A stretch of 64,000 nt of DNA from positions 25,707-89,706 of the IMG/VR virus record IMGVR_UViG_2930430511_000001; one strand, given 5' to 3'. Source of the stretch: a virus (Duplodnaviria; Caudoviricetes). The notes beneath the pieces are model-generated. The model had not been told where the DNA came from. It made no database searches and saw only the letters and a list, made by a program, of their open reading frames with translations. This document shows, piece by piece, positions 35,101 through 44,532 of this stretch. Position 1 is the first letter of the stretch; every line of letters begins with the position of its first letter. Made by a program: the position numbers and the translations under genes.

Positions 35101-37572
35101 GAGTTTCTGGCGGCCGTCGCCGACCTTCATGTCCTGGATCTGCTGCGCGGCCACCGCGCGGACGTTCTCGTCGATGGCGCCCTTGGACTCGCGCAGCGCC
35201 TGGGCAAGGCTGGCGATGCGGTGGTCGTGCTCGGCGGCGGCCTGGGCTGCCTTTTGCTGGGCGCTGGCGAGCAGGCCGAGACCGACGGTCGCGACGCCGA
35301 TGGCTACGCCCCATGGTCCGCCGAGGGCGGAGACCAGTCCTCCCATGGCGGACCGCAGGCCGGTTCCCGCGGCCGCGGCGACGCCCCGGAGGGTGCCGGT
35401 GAACCCGGATCCGGCGGCGGCCGCGGTGCGGAAGCTCCCGGCCATCTGCCCGATGACGGGTACGCGGGCTTGGAGGACGGAGAAGGCGGCGCCGTAGCGG
35501 GAGAGGGACTGGCCGGCGGTTGCGGCGAGGTTGCGCTGGACGGCCATTTGCTGTGCCAGGGACTGGAAGGCTCCGGTGACGCGGCCGCGGACGGTGCTGG
35601 CGATTCCTGACAGTGGCCCCTGGACGGTGCGGAACAGGAGCATCGCGGCAACGGCGGCCTGCACTGGCCCGGGGAGGGAGCCGAAGGCGGAGACAATCCC
35701 GCCTATGACGTGACCGATGGGGCCGAGGATGCCGGACAGCCAGCCGAGCACGGAGAGGATCGCGTCCAGCGCCATCGTGGCGATGTCGATGGCGCTGCCC
35801 AGGCCAGACGATCCGTGGGCAAGGGAGGAGAAGCCGCTCACGACGGGCTGGATGAAGGAAACGATGTTGTCGAAGACCTCGCCGGCGGTGTCGCCGATGG
35901 ACAGCAGCGCGTGCAGGACCTGAGCGAGGGCGTGCTCACCGAAATCTTTGAGGGGGCCGACCATTCCGGAGACGCTCTTGCCGATGGCGGAGAACTTGCT
36001 GGACAGGGCGGCACCGATCTCCGGGCCGAAGAGCGTGGCCGCGCTGTTGAGGTACTGGAAGAATTTTTCGATCTTCGGGGTGGCGGCGGACAGTCCCTTA
36101 GTGATGCCGCGGGTCAGCCACTCCATCCCCGGGGCCATGCCCTGGTAGATGGCGAGACCGGTCTGGCGCGCCTGAGTTTTGAGGCCGAGCATGGCGCCGG
36201 CGAGGCCCTTGCCCTTGGCGGCGGCAATGTCGGCAGCCGAGCCGCTCTGCTTGACCGCGACCATCAGCGCATCGAAGGAATCGACGCCCTGGTGGGCCAT
36301 GGCTATGGCACCGGACATCGCCGGCTTGCCCATGCTCTTCTTTACGGCGGCCGCGAAGTCCTGCTGCGTCATCTCGTGCTGGGCGTGGCTCAATCCGTCG
36401 ATGACGTAGCGCAAGCCCTTGAACTGTCCGGATGCGTCCCACGCTTCGATGCCCATGGCCTTGAGGCCTTCGATCATCTGCGGGGTCGGGGCGGCCAGGT
36501 TGGCCATCATGCCGCGCAGCGTCGTACCGGCGGTCTGGCCGAGGATGCCGGCCTTGCCGAGCATGCCGACCGCGGACGCGGTCTCCTCGATGCTGACGCC
36601 GAGGCCGTGCGCGACCGGCCCGGCGTATTTCATGGCGTAGTAGATGTCCTGGATGTCACCGGAGGCGGCGTTCGCGGTGGAGGCCAGGGTGTCGGCGGCG
36701 CGGGATGCCTGGTCTGCGCCCATGCCGAATTGGTCCATGATGTCGCCGAGGTATTTGGCGCTGTCGGCGGCGTTGACCTGGGCGGCGGACGCCAGGCGCA
36801 GGGATGCGCTGGTCGCGCTGATGGCCTGGTCGGTCCTGAATCCCGCCTTGGCCAGCTCGACCATCGCCTCGGCGGCGTCTCCGGCGGTCGCGCCCGGCAG
36901 GGACAGGTCGTTGCCGAGCTGGTTGGCGGTGGCCGCGGCGCGCTTCATCTGCATCTGCGTCGCGCCGGTCACCGCGCCGAAGCTGTTCATCTGCTGCTGG
37001 TACTCGTTGCCCTCCTTGACCATCTCCCCCAGGCCCATGACCAGCGCTCCGCCGGACAGGAGCGCGGCCATGCTGCGGAGCTGGCCGTGGGCGCGGCCGG
37101 TCTCGCCAGCGAAGCGGCGCATGGAGGCGACGCCGCGGGCGCCGACCCGGTCGGTCTGGGTGGCTGCGGTGCGGGCGGCGACGGCCAGGCGCTGGAGGTC
37201 GTGCACGGCGGTGGTGATCTGGCCACGCATGCGGGAGATGTCCCGGGAAGCGTTGCGGCTGTTGGAGCCGAGGCGGTCCATGTTCCGCTGGGCGGTGCGG
37301 GCGGCGTCGCCGTAGCGGTGCAGGTTGCGGCCAGCGTCGCGGGCGGCGTTACCCAGGCGCTGGATGTCGCGGGCGGCTGCGCGGGCCTCGTTGCCGAGGG
37401 AGCGGAGGTTGCCGCGGGCGGAGCGTGCGGCGGTGTCGAGTTGGCGGACGCCGGTCCGGGCCCGAGTAAGGGACTGGTCGAGGGTGCGGGCGTGGGTGGC
37501 GGACTCGCGGAGGGCACGGGCCAGCGACGTGCCGTTGCCCCGCAGGTCAACGGACAGGTTCCAGTTCGCCAC
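32155..37572 (-). CDS. Tape measure protein
   Basis: 1805 aa, Ala-rich; TP901-type core (AEAMVELAKAG...MKYAGPVA...AGTTLR); AE-x-x-TGGEAYIPL twice. Confidence 0.95.
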   Translation of the reverse strand: MANWNLSVDLRGNGTSLARALRESATHARTLDQSLTRARTGVRQLDTAARSARGNLRSLGNEARAAARDIQRLGNAARDAGRNLHRYGDAARTAQRNMDRLGSNSRNASRDISRMRGQITTAVHDLQRLAVAARTAATQTDRVGARGVASMRRFAGETGRAHGQLRSMAALLSGGALVMGLGEMVKEGNEYQQQMNSFGAVTGATQMQMKRAAATANQLGNDLSLPGATAGDAAEAMVELAKAGFRTDQAISATSASLRLASAAQVNAADSAKYLGDIMDQFGMGADQASRAADTLASTANAASGDIQDIYYAMKYAGPVAHGLGVSIEETASAVGMLGKAGILGQTAGTTLRGMMANLAAPTPQMIEGLKAMGIEAWDASGQFKGLRYVIDGLSHAQHEMTQQDFAAAVKKSMGKPAMSGAIAMAHQGVDSFDALMVAVKQSGSAADIAAAKGKGLAGAMLGLKTQARQTGLAIYQGMAPGMEWLTRGITKGLSAATPKIEKFFQYLNSAATLFGPEIGAALSSKFSAIGKSVSGMVGPLKDFGEHALAQVLHALLSIGDTAGEVFDNIVSFIQPVVSGFSSLAHGSSGLGSAIDIATMALDAILSVLGWLSGILGPIGHVIGGIVSAFGSLPGPVQAAVAAMLLFRTVQGPLSGIASTVRGRVTGAFQSLAQQMAVQRNLAATAGQSLSRYGAAFSVLQARVPVIGQMAGSFRTAAAAGSGFTGTLRGVAAAAGTGLRSAMGGLVSALGGPWGVAIGVATVGLGLLASAQQKAAQAAAEHDHRIASLAQALRESKGAIDENVRAVAAQQIQDMKVGDGRQKLVDVMRRSGVSLKSLTDSYLGEGKSLGTLQKQLEAVAEAHTKVSVASGGGVVTDIDPVGKSAKDAAQALAGMKGEMKDSAQAAKELAAAQKGSDDGVSAYQRLKDSVAELADKTGDADSRTRALRASLDLLSGGSISLQAAQARVNEAITQANEAMSAGVNKADGWGKALVKTNGTIDTTTKNGQSLFNTLNNIADGSSDAAIKAFEFAQSQNKSLPESLKASQAEMQRARDAAIKLGEGYGLSTKQAQGVADAMGLIPGQVSILLQTKGVDSTLAELLAVQAEFAKVPKSKTVKVDTLSDDAKKKLEELGYTVKLIPGTREYKVTAKTAAAKADLANLLKQMQAIPGGKALSMSAKTAGALRDLENLKAAVQQQHGKTITMNVPTAEGRRQLELLGFKIKSTNGKTVTVSVPTGGPRAQVAAIQSAINSVRGSSATISIYKKTFIDTIVRKSNPGPYAGGYRFDADGSVQVSHFAGGGMREQHVAQIARPGEWRVWAEDETGGEAYIPLAATKRSRSRAIAEETVRRLGGKGIAWNADGAVHAQQFDSGGFSYTPTGMRKTVSDVQSTYSDAHQSISKDDYNKAIRGRANAVDTLRAAEARLRQVRRHKHTHAQLVSAENSVAKARRSLATATDKARNAESRYKKTFSLSDWQKTLKSAVSANSSWESNLTKIAARGAGADVIDQLRDMGNDGAAMVSALARASKKQFADIVANLRKLAPLAKATLADYTKQLNASTKTSSAFQANLAKLAGMGYGDLAMQLAGQGDEAAQKIAAQAAKSSSKAKEANTSAKNASKTLTGDELSQLVQIIAAVKSSKTGIHDVAATTGLGEEDIVAVATKAATQIKSSLGSRSTRFLSDLTKAQKGLAYANGGIRPGIYGTRAGAVTFAEPATGGEAYIPLGANKRASATNVLSEVANRFGVGLTDANAGRIVVIREQGPLVGETHFHVADHGRSKDLARDIDARNAYQLRRLARGGAAAR

Positions 37573-37587
37573 CGGCCCCGCTCCCTT

Positions 37588-37994
37588 CTATTCGTCGTCT
37601 TCGAACTTGCGTCGCTGCTTGGCTTGCAGCTGCTTCATCGCTTCTGTCGCGGCGTGCACCGCTGCGGGGATGAGCAGGACTTTCTTGCCGTGGCTGCTGG
37701 AGTCGTCGGTCTTGAGTGAGTCCTGTTTGTCGGCGATGACCCGGCAGCCGATGCACAGGTGGGTGACGGCGACGTAGGCGTCCTCGGTGTCGTCGTCTCC
37801 GCCCTGGTCCCAGTCCTCAGCGCGGGTGCCGCACTGCGAGCACACCGAGCGTTGGTAGTCGCGGTAGGCGAGTGCCTTAGCGCGGTCGCGGGATGTCCAT
37901 TCGCCGGTGCCCAGGCCGCGGAACTGTGAGTGGGGGATGCCCCACCGGTCGCACAGTTCGAGTTCGCCGCGTAGTCGGGCATCGGCGATCAGCC
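37588..37994 (-). CDS. Tail assembly chaperone, -1 frameshift extension
   Basis: No own start; in -1 frame after GGGAAAA at 37995-38001. Confidence 0.75.
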
Positions 37995-38534
37995 TTTTCC
38001 CAGGTCCAGGCGCGACTCCAACTGCACGTTCCATGCGGTGGAGAACAGGGCGCCGGCCTCGGCGTCGGACCAGGTGTCGAGGAACTCGCGGGCCTGCTCC
38101 TCGGTCATCCCGTCGAGGTTGGAGGCGGCGACGAGCGCCGGGCCGAGGGTGTCGGCGTTGATTTCGAAGCCGTCTTCAGCCTGCTCCTCGGTCGGCGGGT
38201 GGGCCTTCTTCAGCTCGTCGAGGGCGGTGCGCTCCAGTGCCCGGAACGTCAGGACGATGGAAGCTTCGTCGACGGCGGTCTGCGCCTTCGCGACGGCTGC
38301 CTCAGCGGTGCGCAGTGCCTTCTTCGCGTCGGCCGAGTTGTCGTCCTCGACGAGGCGCTTGGCGTTGCGCTGCTCGTACTGCGCGATACCGAGGGCGGTC
38401 TTGGCGTCCTGGTCGTCGCAGATGGTGAGCGTGGCGGTGGGACGCTGCCGGTTGCGGAGGCGTTCCAGGGTGTTGGCCCAGTGGGCGTCTTTGGCGACGG
38501 CGTCGGCCGGGGGCTGGGGCAGGGTGGTGGTCAT
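37989..38534 (-). CDS. Tail assembly chaperone
   Basis: Between tail tube and tape measure; ends LDLGKG over slippery site. Confidence 0.8.
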   Translation of the reverse strand: MTTTLPQPPADAVAKDAHWANTLERLRNRQRPTATLTICDDQDAKTALGIAQYEQRNAKRLVEDDNSADAKKALRTAEAAVAKAQTAVDEASIVLTFRALERTALDELKKAHPPTEEQAEDGFEINADTLGPALVAASNLDGMTEEQAREFLDTWSDAEAGALFSTAWNVQLESRLDLGKG

Positions 38535-38619
38535 GGGTGTTCTCCAGTGGGAAGGGGCCCGGCCGGCACCGCGGCACCCCTTCCCAAAAGCGGAGGGCAC
38601 CGGCCGGGGGCTGGGTGGG

Positions 38620-39093
38620 TCAGGTGGCGGCCGGGACGGCTGCGCCCTGCACCGGGGTGTCGGTGATCGAGAACTTCGCCATCCACTTGGCCGCCTCGTT
38701 GTCGGCGGTGATCTCCGAGCTGCGGGAGGCGACACGCACCGGGTAGACGTCCATGGACATGCTGGCGGGGACGTCGCCCTTGCGGAGGATGATGATGAAG
38801 CCGACGGTTCCCTTGGCGAGGGCTTCCTCGAGGTCGCTGTCGGTGTCGTCCTCGTAGAACGTCAGGCTGGAGTCGGCGGCCTGGTCGGAGCCGGGGATCT
38901 TGGAGTCGAACGTGGACTCCATGTCGGGGGTTTCGATCTCCTGGTTTTCCAGGGAGAACCCGTCGACGGCGGCGATGGCCTTGGTGAGCTTGGTGGCGCC
39001 GGTGATTTCGGCGCGGGTGGGGATGTAGCTGGTGGATGTGATGGTTTCGGCGAACAGGATCTTCGTTACGCCCTTGCGGGAAAACCTGGCCAT
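38620..39093 (-). CDS. Major tail (tube) protein
   Basis: PTRAEI...IETPDMESTFDSKIPG...VYPV; position. Confidence 0.8.
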   Translation of the reverse strand: MARFSRKGVTKILFAETITSTSYIPTRAEITGATKLTKAIAAVDGFSLENQEIETPDMESTFDSKIPGSDQAADSSLTFYEDDTDSDLEEALAKGTVGFIIILRKGDVPASMSMDVYPVRVASRSSEITADNEAAKWMAKFSITDTPVQGAAVPAAT

Positions 39094-39213
39094 AGTGGTG
39101 GGCCCCTTGAATCCGGGCCCGGCCTGGGCCCATGCGCGGATTGGTGTGGCGGCCACCTCTGGGGTGGCGTCCGCGTGGGGTCCCGCCGCGGTGCGGTGAT
39201 GCCCGACGATTCG

Positions 39214-39669
39214 TCAGGCGGGCGTCAGGTCGAACCTGAATCGCTGCACATAGCTGATGATGCCATCGGTGGGATCATTCATTGCCCCTGCTTCGACCTC
39301 CAGCTCCCGACACATGCACCGCACGCCCGTGACTGCAAGGGCGTTGATCCACTGGCCGGTCGTGGGGTTGCGGGCGAGGAACGCGGTGCGGGCTTTGTCG
39401 GCGAGGCCCTCGGCCTGCTCGAGGGTGCCTACGCTGCCGGGGCGGCTCTTGTCTGGCGCGGACACTGAGGTGACCTGCACGACGAGGGACATGTCCTCGC
39501 TCAGGTCGGTGTAGGGCGCGCCGGAGACGGTGGAGTCCAGGGGCGTCAGGACGTAGTAGGCGGTGGCGTTGACGGGGCTGGCCGGCAGGACGCCGCGACC
39601 GACGGGCAGGCTGGTGGCCCCGCCGAGGAGCGCGGCGAGGGCGTTGGTGACGGTCCGGCGTTCGATCAC
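39214..39669 (-). CDS. Tail terminator
   Basis: Size and position before tail tube; VQVTSV. Confidence 0.65.
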   Translation of the reverse strand: MIERRTVTNALAALLGGATSLPVGRGVLPASPVNATAYYVLTPLDSTVSGAPYTDLSEDMSLVVQVTSVSAPDKSRPGSVGTLEQAEGLADKARTAFLARNPTTGQWINALAVTGVRCMCRELEVEAGAMNDPTDGIISYVQRFRFDLTPA

Positions 39670-40052
39670 CGCAGGGCCTCCGCGACAGCAGACATCATCC
39701 CGAACCGCAGGGCCGCCGTCATCGCGGGCAGGGACGGCTGGACGTGCGGGAACGGCGGCTGGGCATAGACCCTTCCCAGGCCGTCGGCGCCGACGAAGCC
39801 GAATTCCAGGCGGCGGCCGTAGGGCTCCATGGTGCCGATGGTGCACTGCGCGCCGTAGGGCAGGTGCCGCGTCTCGATCTGCCAGCTGTTGCGGTACTGG
39901 CCGGTGATGACGTTCGGTCCCGGCCGGCCGGAGGCGTGCCCCTTGATCTGGGCGCGGCCGAGCTCGGCGGCGTGCTCGACGCTGTCCCTGACGGCGGGGC
40001 CGATGCGGTGCGCGGCGGCTTCGAGACGATCGGCGAGCTGGTCGGGCGTCAC
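39666..40052 (-). CDS. HK97 gp10-like tail completion protein
   Basis: TGQYRNS...PYGRRLEFG...PFPHVQP. Confidence 0.8.
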   Translation of the reverse strand: MTPDQLADRLEAAAHRIGPAVRDSVEHAAELGRAQIKGHASGRPGPNVITGQYRNSWQIETRHLPYGAQCTIGTMEPYGRRLEFGFVGADGLGRVYAQPPFPHVQPSLPAMTAALRFGMMSAVAEALR

Positions 40053-40498
40053 AGTGCCTCCCGCGGTGCCTGGATCTGGTCGAGCGGCGTGATGCGGACG
40101 ACTTCGGTGGTGGCGGCGCGTGCGGGGTCCTGCGTGATCCAGGACCGGCCGATCAGCGCGGTGTTCGCGGTGTTGTGGACGCCGATGACGGTCACGATGG
40201 CGTCCTTCGGGGCGAGCGGCGCGGACAGTGGCGTCATGAGCCGGTAGCGAGACTTGGTTTCCTGCACCCACATCTGGCCGGCGTCCGGGGTGGCGCTCAT
40301 CTCGGACTGTGCGGTGCCGCCCTGCACCGCGCCGGGCCCCTCGTAGAGGACGTGGCCCTCGGGGTATTCGTTCTGGCCGGTGTCCGGGTTGTAGACCGGG
40401 CCGTCGGTCGCGGGGAGAGTGATGCGGACCGTGTCCACCAGCAGGTTGACGCCGATCCACTGGGCGACGCCGGCGAGTGCGGCATCCAGGCCGGTCAC
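40049..40498 (-). CDS. Head-tail stopper (DUF6093-like)
   Basis: DTVRIT...NPDTG...LYEGP. Confidence 0.7.
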   Translation of the reverse strand: MTGLDAALAGVAQWIGVNLLVDTVRITLPATDGPVYNPDTGQNEYPEGHVLYEGPGAVQGGTAQSEMSATPDAGQMWVQETKSRYRLMTPLSAPLAPKDAIVTVIGVHNTANTALIGRSWITQDPARAATTEVVRITPLDQIQAPREAL

Positions 40499-40875
40499 GA
40501 TGCCGCTCCTCTCTCCTCGGCCCAGTCGGCGAGCTGCGCCAGCATGGCCCGGGTCAGGTCGTAGCGTTCGTTGCCGAGGTCGTCTCGTTCGAGGGCGGCC
40601 TGCTCCAGCTGGATCGGGTTGACGGTGCGAAGGAACGCGCGGATTGTCTCGGTGGGTGGCGTGGTGTCGGCGACCATGACGTGCGCGAGGCCCTCGAAGG
40701 CGACGCCGACGGACTGCCGGGTGTGGAGGACCAGCTGCGGCAAGGCACCGTGCACGTCGTGCTGGATGGTGTAGCCGATGACATCGGGCCCGATCTCGGC
40801 GCCGTCGAGGCGGATGCTGACACTGCCGGGCTGCGCGTCGATCAGGACGCCGTATGCGGTGGGCTCAGTGGGCAC
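40495..40875 (-). CDS. Hypothetical protein
   Basis: AGGAGG RBS; coupled to neighbours. Confidence 0.6.
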   Translation of the reverse strand: MPTEPTAYGVLIDAQPGSVSIRLDGAEIGPDVIGYTIQHDVHGALPQLVLHTRQSVGVAFEGLAHVMVADTTPPTETIRAFLRTVNPIQLEQAALERDDLGNERYDLTRAMLAQLADWAEERGAAS

Positions 40876-41041
40876 CTTGTTCCTCCTTCTCTCGCCCGTC
40901 CAGGGAGTTGTGCACGACGACCCAGTTGATAGCTCCGTCGTCGGCCTTTACGGGGCGTTCGGTGGGGCCGCACACACAGGAGGTGCCTGTGTCCTCATGC
41001 TCGATCAGGTCGTTGATCGGGAGGACGTGCATCGTGGTCAT
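40865..41041 (-). CDS. Small protein (HVLPINDLIEH...CVCGP...VVHNSLDGRE)
   Basis: 58-aa ORF coupled to upstream stop; not in supplied ORF track. Confidence 0.55.
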   Translation of the reverse strand: MTTMHVLPINDLIEHEDTGTSCVCGPTERPVKADDGAINWVVVHNSLDGREKEEQGAH

Positions 41042-41871
41042 GCTGGGTCTCCGTCCGAGATGTCCGTGCGTCCGTTGAGGTCAGGGCGGGGCACCCACTG
41101 TCGAATACAGCCGTGATGGGCCAGGGGGTACATGGATGCTTCGTCGATGGATCGGAGGGTCCCGTTGGCGTGATCGGTGTCCGGGTGCGACGTAAATCCA
41201 CACTCCGACCCATCGATGCACTCCATCCACTGCGTTTCGAGCTCGTCGCGGGCGGTGTTGATGGCGCCGTGGTTGGCGGTGACGACGCCTTGCCAGGACA
41301 GGGCGGCCCCGGCCCAGGAGTGGATGGGGTGCCGGGCCTGGTTGGCGTAGATGACGGTGTCGAGGGGGTGCTCCTCGAGGAGCCGTTCCGTCTGGACGCC
41401 GAGGACGCTGCGGGCGGCGTCCTGCGCGGCGCGCGCGAAGGCCTGTGCGCGGCGGACGGCCTCAACGACGCGGCGGATCAGGTCGGCCCAGAACGGCGCG
41501 GTGAGCCCGGTGATGGCTGCCTGGTGGTTCGCGGTCCAGGTGAACAGGTCGCGGCTGGCCTCGGCGCGTTCGAGGGCGCGGACGGCTCCGTCGCGGTAGG
41601 CGACGGGCAGGTCCTGCGCGGCCCAGCGTTCGACGAAGGCGCGGGTGCGGCGGTCGAACTCGGCGACGGCGGCGTTGAACGTGACCAGCGCGGTGCGGAT
41701 CTGCTGGGTGGCACCAGCTGTGCGGCCGCCCTGGATCTGGGTAAGGCGGTCGAGGAGGGTGCGTTGGCTGGTGTGGAGGATGGACCAGGCGGTGGTGAGC
41801 TGCGCCGCGCCGGCGGTGATGAGGGCGGTCAGCTCGGTGCGGTCGTCGCGCGTGCGGACGGGGGTGGTCAT
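41038..41871 (-). CDS. MuF-like minor head protein
   Basis: C-terminal DGSEC...ANG...HHGCIR resembles MuF H-P-x-C-R; position. Confidence 0.6.
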   Translation of the reverse strand: MTTPVRTRDDRTELTALITAGAAQLTTAWSILHTSQRTLLDRLTQIQGGRTAGATQQIRTALVTFNAAVAEFDRRTRAFVERWAAQDLPVAYRDGAVRALERAEASRDLFTWTANHQAAITGLTAPFWADLIRRVVEAVRRAQAFARAAQDAARSVLGVQTERLLEEHPLDTVIYANQARHPIHSWAGAALSWQGVVTANHGAINTARDELETQWMECIDGSECGFTSHPDTDHANGTLRSIDEASMYPLAHHGCIRQWVPRPDLNGRTDISDGDPA

Positions 41872-42224
41872 CGGCGGGGCCGTTCGACGAGGCGCACGAT
41901 CGACCAGCCGGATTCGGTGTCGTTGTCGCTGGTGTCCTCGGCGGGCTCGTCTGGGGCGGGCGGCGCGTCCTCGGCCTCGAGGGCGAGGATTTGCCGTTCG
42001 AGGGCCTTGATGTTCTCGGTGTAGGTGACGCCGACGACGGAGGAGACATTGACGCTGGCCGGCTGCGCGATGAGGTCGGCTTTGCGCTGGGTGAGCACCT
42101 CGATGGCGACGGCGCGCGCCCGGCCGAGGCGGGTGTAGCGGGTTTCGAGGTCGGCGAGGTCGGTTGCGGTGCCGAGCTGGGCGTAGAGCCAGCTGCGTGT
42201 GGCTACGTCCACTGCGGCCTCCAT
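41868..42224 (-). CDS. Head-tail adaptor
   Basis: Size and position after capsid; start uncertain. Confidence 0.55.
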   Translation of the reverse strand: MEAAVDVATRSWLYAQLGTATDLADLETRYTRLGRARAVAIEVLTQRKADLIAQPASVNVSSVVGVTYTENIKALERQILALEAEDAPPAPDEPAEDTSDNDTESGWSIVRLVERPRR

Positions 42225-42294
42225 GGTCATACGGGTTGGGAAGGGGGTGTGGGTGCGGGCCCTGAGCGCCCCTGCCGGGGCCCGCACCCGTGTG

Positions 42295-42612
42295 TCAGCT
42301 GCTGCCCTCGTCAGCTGACTTCCGGCCCCGAGCCGGTCGGTTGGCCGCCGTCTTCTTGGCGGCCGGCTTGTCGCCCTCGGCATCAGCGTCGGAACCGGAG
42401 GCATTGCCAGAGCCTTCGCCCTGGCCGTTTCCCTGGTCTCCGTCGTCGGCCTGGGCCTTCTTCGCGGCGGTCGGCAGCTTGCCGTCCACCCATGCGGCCG
42501 GGTTCGTCACCAGCGCCGCCAGGCGGGCCGGGGGGTTGGTCCCCGGCTCCAGCGTCACGGTCTGGTGGGTTTCCGGGTCGGTGACGTACACGGTGCTCGC
42601 GAGCTGGGCCAT
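42295..42612 (-). CDS. Small virion-associated protein
   Basis: Follows capsid; P..LA.LVTNP..W then low-complexity tail. Confidence 0.6.
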   Translation of the reverse strand: MAQLASTVYVTDPETHQTVTLEPGTNPPARLAALVTNPAAWVDGKLPTAAKKAQADDGDQGNGQGEGSGNASGSDADAEGDKPAAKKTAANRPARGRKSADEGSS

Positions 42613-42615
42613 GGG

Positions 42616-43680
42616 TCACCACACCGTCGCGGCGATGTGGATGTCCGGGGTGTACATGACCGGCATGGCGGCCGCGTTGCACTTGGTCCACACCTGCACC
42701 GGGTCGTCCTGGTATCCGCTGGTGACGATGATGCCCGGCGCTTCCTGCGCGGTGATGGCCGGGTTGCTGCCACGGGAGAGAACGATGCCCTCGGCGGTCA
42801 GCCCGTACTGGGTCTCGGCCATCAGGCGGGGGTTGGGCGGCAGCAGGAAGAACATGTTCTCCGGCAGGACCCGGGTGTCGTTGCCGTTGTCCAGCGGCAC
42901 GGTGACGTCGTACGTGGTGATCGGGGGGAGGCCGTAGCGGCCGCGGACGACGTTGACGTCGCTGGGGGAAAGGACAGCGGTGGGGATGGTCGACGCCGAG
43001 TTCACCGAACCGTAGTAGGCGGCCCGGTAGGAGTCGTTGCCCATGGCCAGCGCCATCGTCTTGTAGGACGTCAGGGCGCGGGCGGGCGTCGGGGCTCCGG
43101 AGGAGCGCAGGACCTCCATCCAGCGCATCTCGTCGCCGAGCATGTCGGCGGTCGGGTCGGTCCAGGCGGTTGGTGCGGTCGGCATGTTCGCGGCCGGCAC
43201 GTTGTAGTTGGCCTCGACGCTGAGGCCGTTTTCGTTGGTGAGGGTGAACTTGCCGTCGATGAGGAGGTCGCCGGCGGCCAGTTCCATGCGGTGCTTGATG
43301 GAAAGGACATGGGAGGCGACGTCGTCGTAGACGGCGCGGATGGCCTCTTCGCTGTCCCGGCCGTGGGCGACGGACTCCAGGATCGTCTCCAGCTCGCCGA
43401 GGATGTACTTCTGACTCAGCGGGAGGATCTTGCCTTCGGTGACGATCTGGGAGATCTCGCGGGTGGCGACCTTCGCCTGGGCGTCCCACGCACGGTAGGA
43501 GGCGGCGGCGACCCGGCGGCGGCTGGTGCGATTCTGCCACTTGACGGAGTTGACGGTCCGCTCGGGAACGACCGACTGCGTCAGCTCGTAGTCGTCCGGG
43601 GTCTGGATCTGCCGGACGAACGCGTTGATCTGGGTGGGGGTGATGTCGCGGAGCAGGAGCTCCAGCATGTCGTTAGGCAT
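42616..43680 (-). CDS. Major capsid protein
   Basis: 354 aa; lambda-E-like pattern (YRAWDA...LSQK...RME...DPVQVWTK..A.AMP). Confidence 0.85.
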   Translation of the reverse strand: MPNDMLELLLRDITPTQINAFVRQIQTPDDYELTQSVVPERTVNSVKWQNRTSRRRVAAASYRAWDAQAKVATREISQIVTEGKILPLSQKYILGELETILESVAHGRDSEEAIRAVYDDVASHVLSIKHRMELAAGDLLIDGKFTLTNENGLSVEANYNVPAANMPTAPTAWTDPTADMLGDEMRWMEVLRSSGAPTPARALTSYKTMALAMGNDSYRAAYYGSVNSASTIPTAVLSPSDVNVVRGRYGLPPITTYDVTVPLDNGNDTRVLPENMFFLLPPNPRLMAETQYGLTAEGIVLSRGSNPAITAQEAPGIIVTSGYQDDPVQVWTKCNAAAMPVMYTPDIHIAATVW

Positions 43681-43690
43681 GGGAGTCTCC

Positions 43691-44425
43691 TCAGACCTTG
43701 TAGACGAACTGGGTGTTGGAGCCGGCGGGGGCGTCGGCCGGGTCGAAGGCGACGGGGAGCTTGGCGACGTCGATCTGGCCGTGGACCATCAGCGGCGCGC
43801 CAGCCTTGGTGGAGCCGGGATAGAAGGAGACTTCGGTGAAGAGGAAGCCTGCGAACTTCTGGGTGCCGTCGGATGCGGTGGCGGTGCCGCCGGCGGTGGT
43901 GGTGGCCACGGTAACGCCGGGGGTGCTCCCTCCGGTCAGGGAGGCGGTGGCGGTGAGCTGGGCGACGTTGTCGCCGAGGTACTGGCCGCCGAAGGTCAGG
44001 GTGTAGGGGCCGCCTGCGTTCCCGGTGACGGTGATGTCGCCGGGGTTGACGTTGGACAGGGCCACCAGCGCGGTCTGTACTGCTGCGGCGGTGGCGTTGT
44101 AGGCGATGGCGGCGGTGGTCTGACCGGAGTAGGTCAGCGTGAACGTGCCGCCGGTGGGCCCGCCGGTGACGGTGGCGGTCTGGACCTCGTTGGTCACCGC
44201 GGCGTACGGCTCGTACAGGCCCGAGGTGGCGTTCTTGCCGAGCGGGATGCCGGACTTGAGCTTGCGCTCGGGCTGGTACTTGGACGCCTCGGTCCAGTGG
44301 AGGGTCTCATCGAATGCGGTGAGGTCGAGGGTGACGGTCTGGTTGGCTTCGATACCCAGCATGCTCATCAGCCACGGGCGGCCGACGGCGAGGGTCTCGG
44401 TGCTGGTGTACGGCTGGATGTCCAC
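43691..44425 (-). CDS. Capsid decoration protein with inserted beta-rich domain
   Basis: LKSGIPLGK...GLYEPY and DG...AGFL...HG...LP halves split by NEVQT...GGTFTLT insert. Confidence 0.7.
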   Translation of the reverse strand: MDIQPYTSTETLAVGRPWLMSMLGIEANQTVTLDLTAFDETLHWTEASKYQPERKLKSGIPLGKNATSGLYEPYAAVTNEVQTATVTGGPTGGTFTLTYSGQTTAAIAYNATAAAVQTALVALSNVNPGDITVTGNAGGPYTLTFGGQYLGDNVAQLTATASLTGGSTPGVTVATTTAGGTATASDGTQKFAGFLFTEVSFYPGSTKAGAPLMVHGQIDVAKLPVAFDPADAPAGSNTQFVYKV

Positions 44426-44532
44426 GCCGTAGCCCCTTTCGCGAGATCGCGGAATTGTTGTGAGGGCGCTGGTGGCGCCGTCCACGGGGGGTGCGGGCGT
44501 GGTCCCTAGGTGGTGCGGGTGGTGCGGGTGGT

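Noticed and set aside
32149-37719. Long plus-strand ORFs (e.g. 32149-34041, 35710-37719)
   Set aside because: Antisense shadows of the tape measure gene, typical of high-GC DNA
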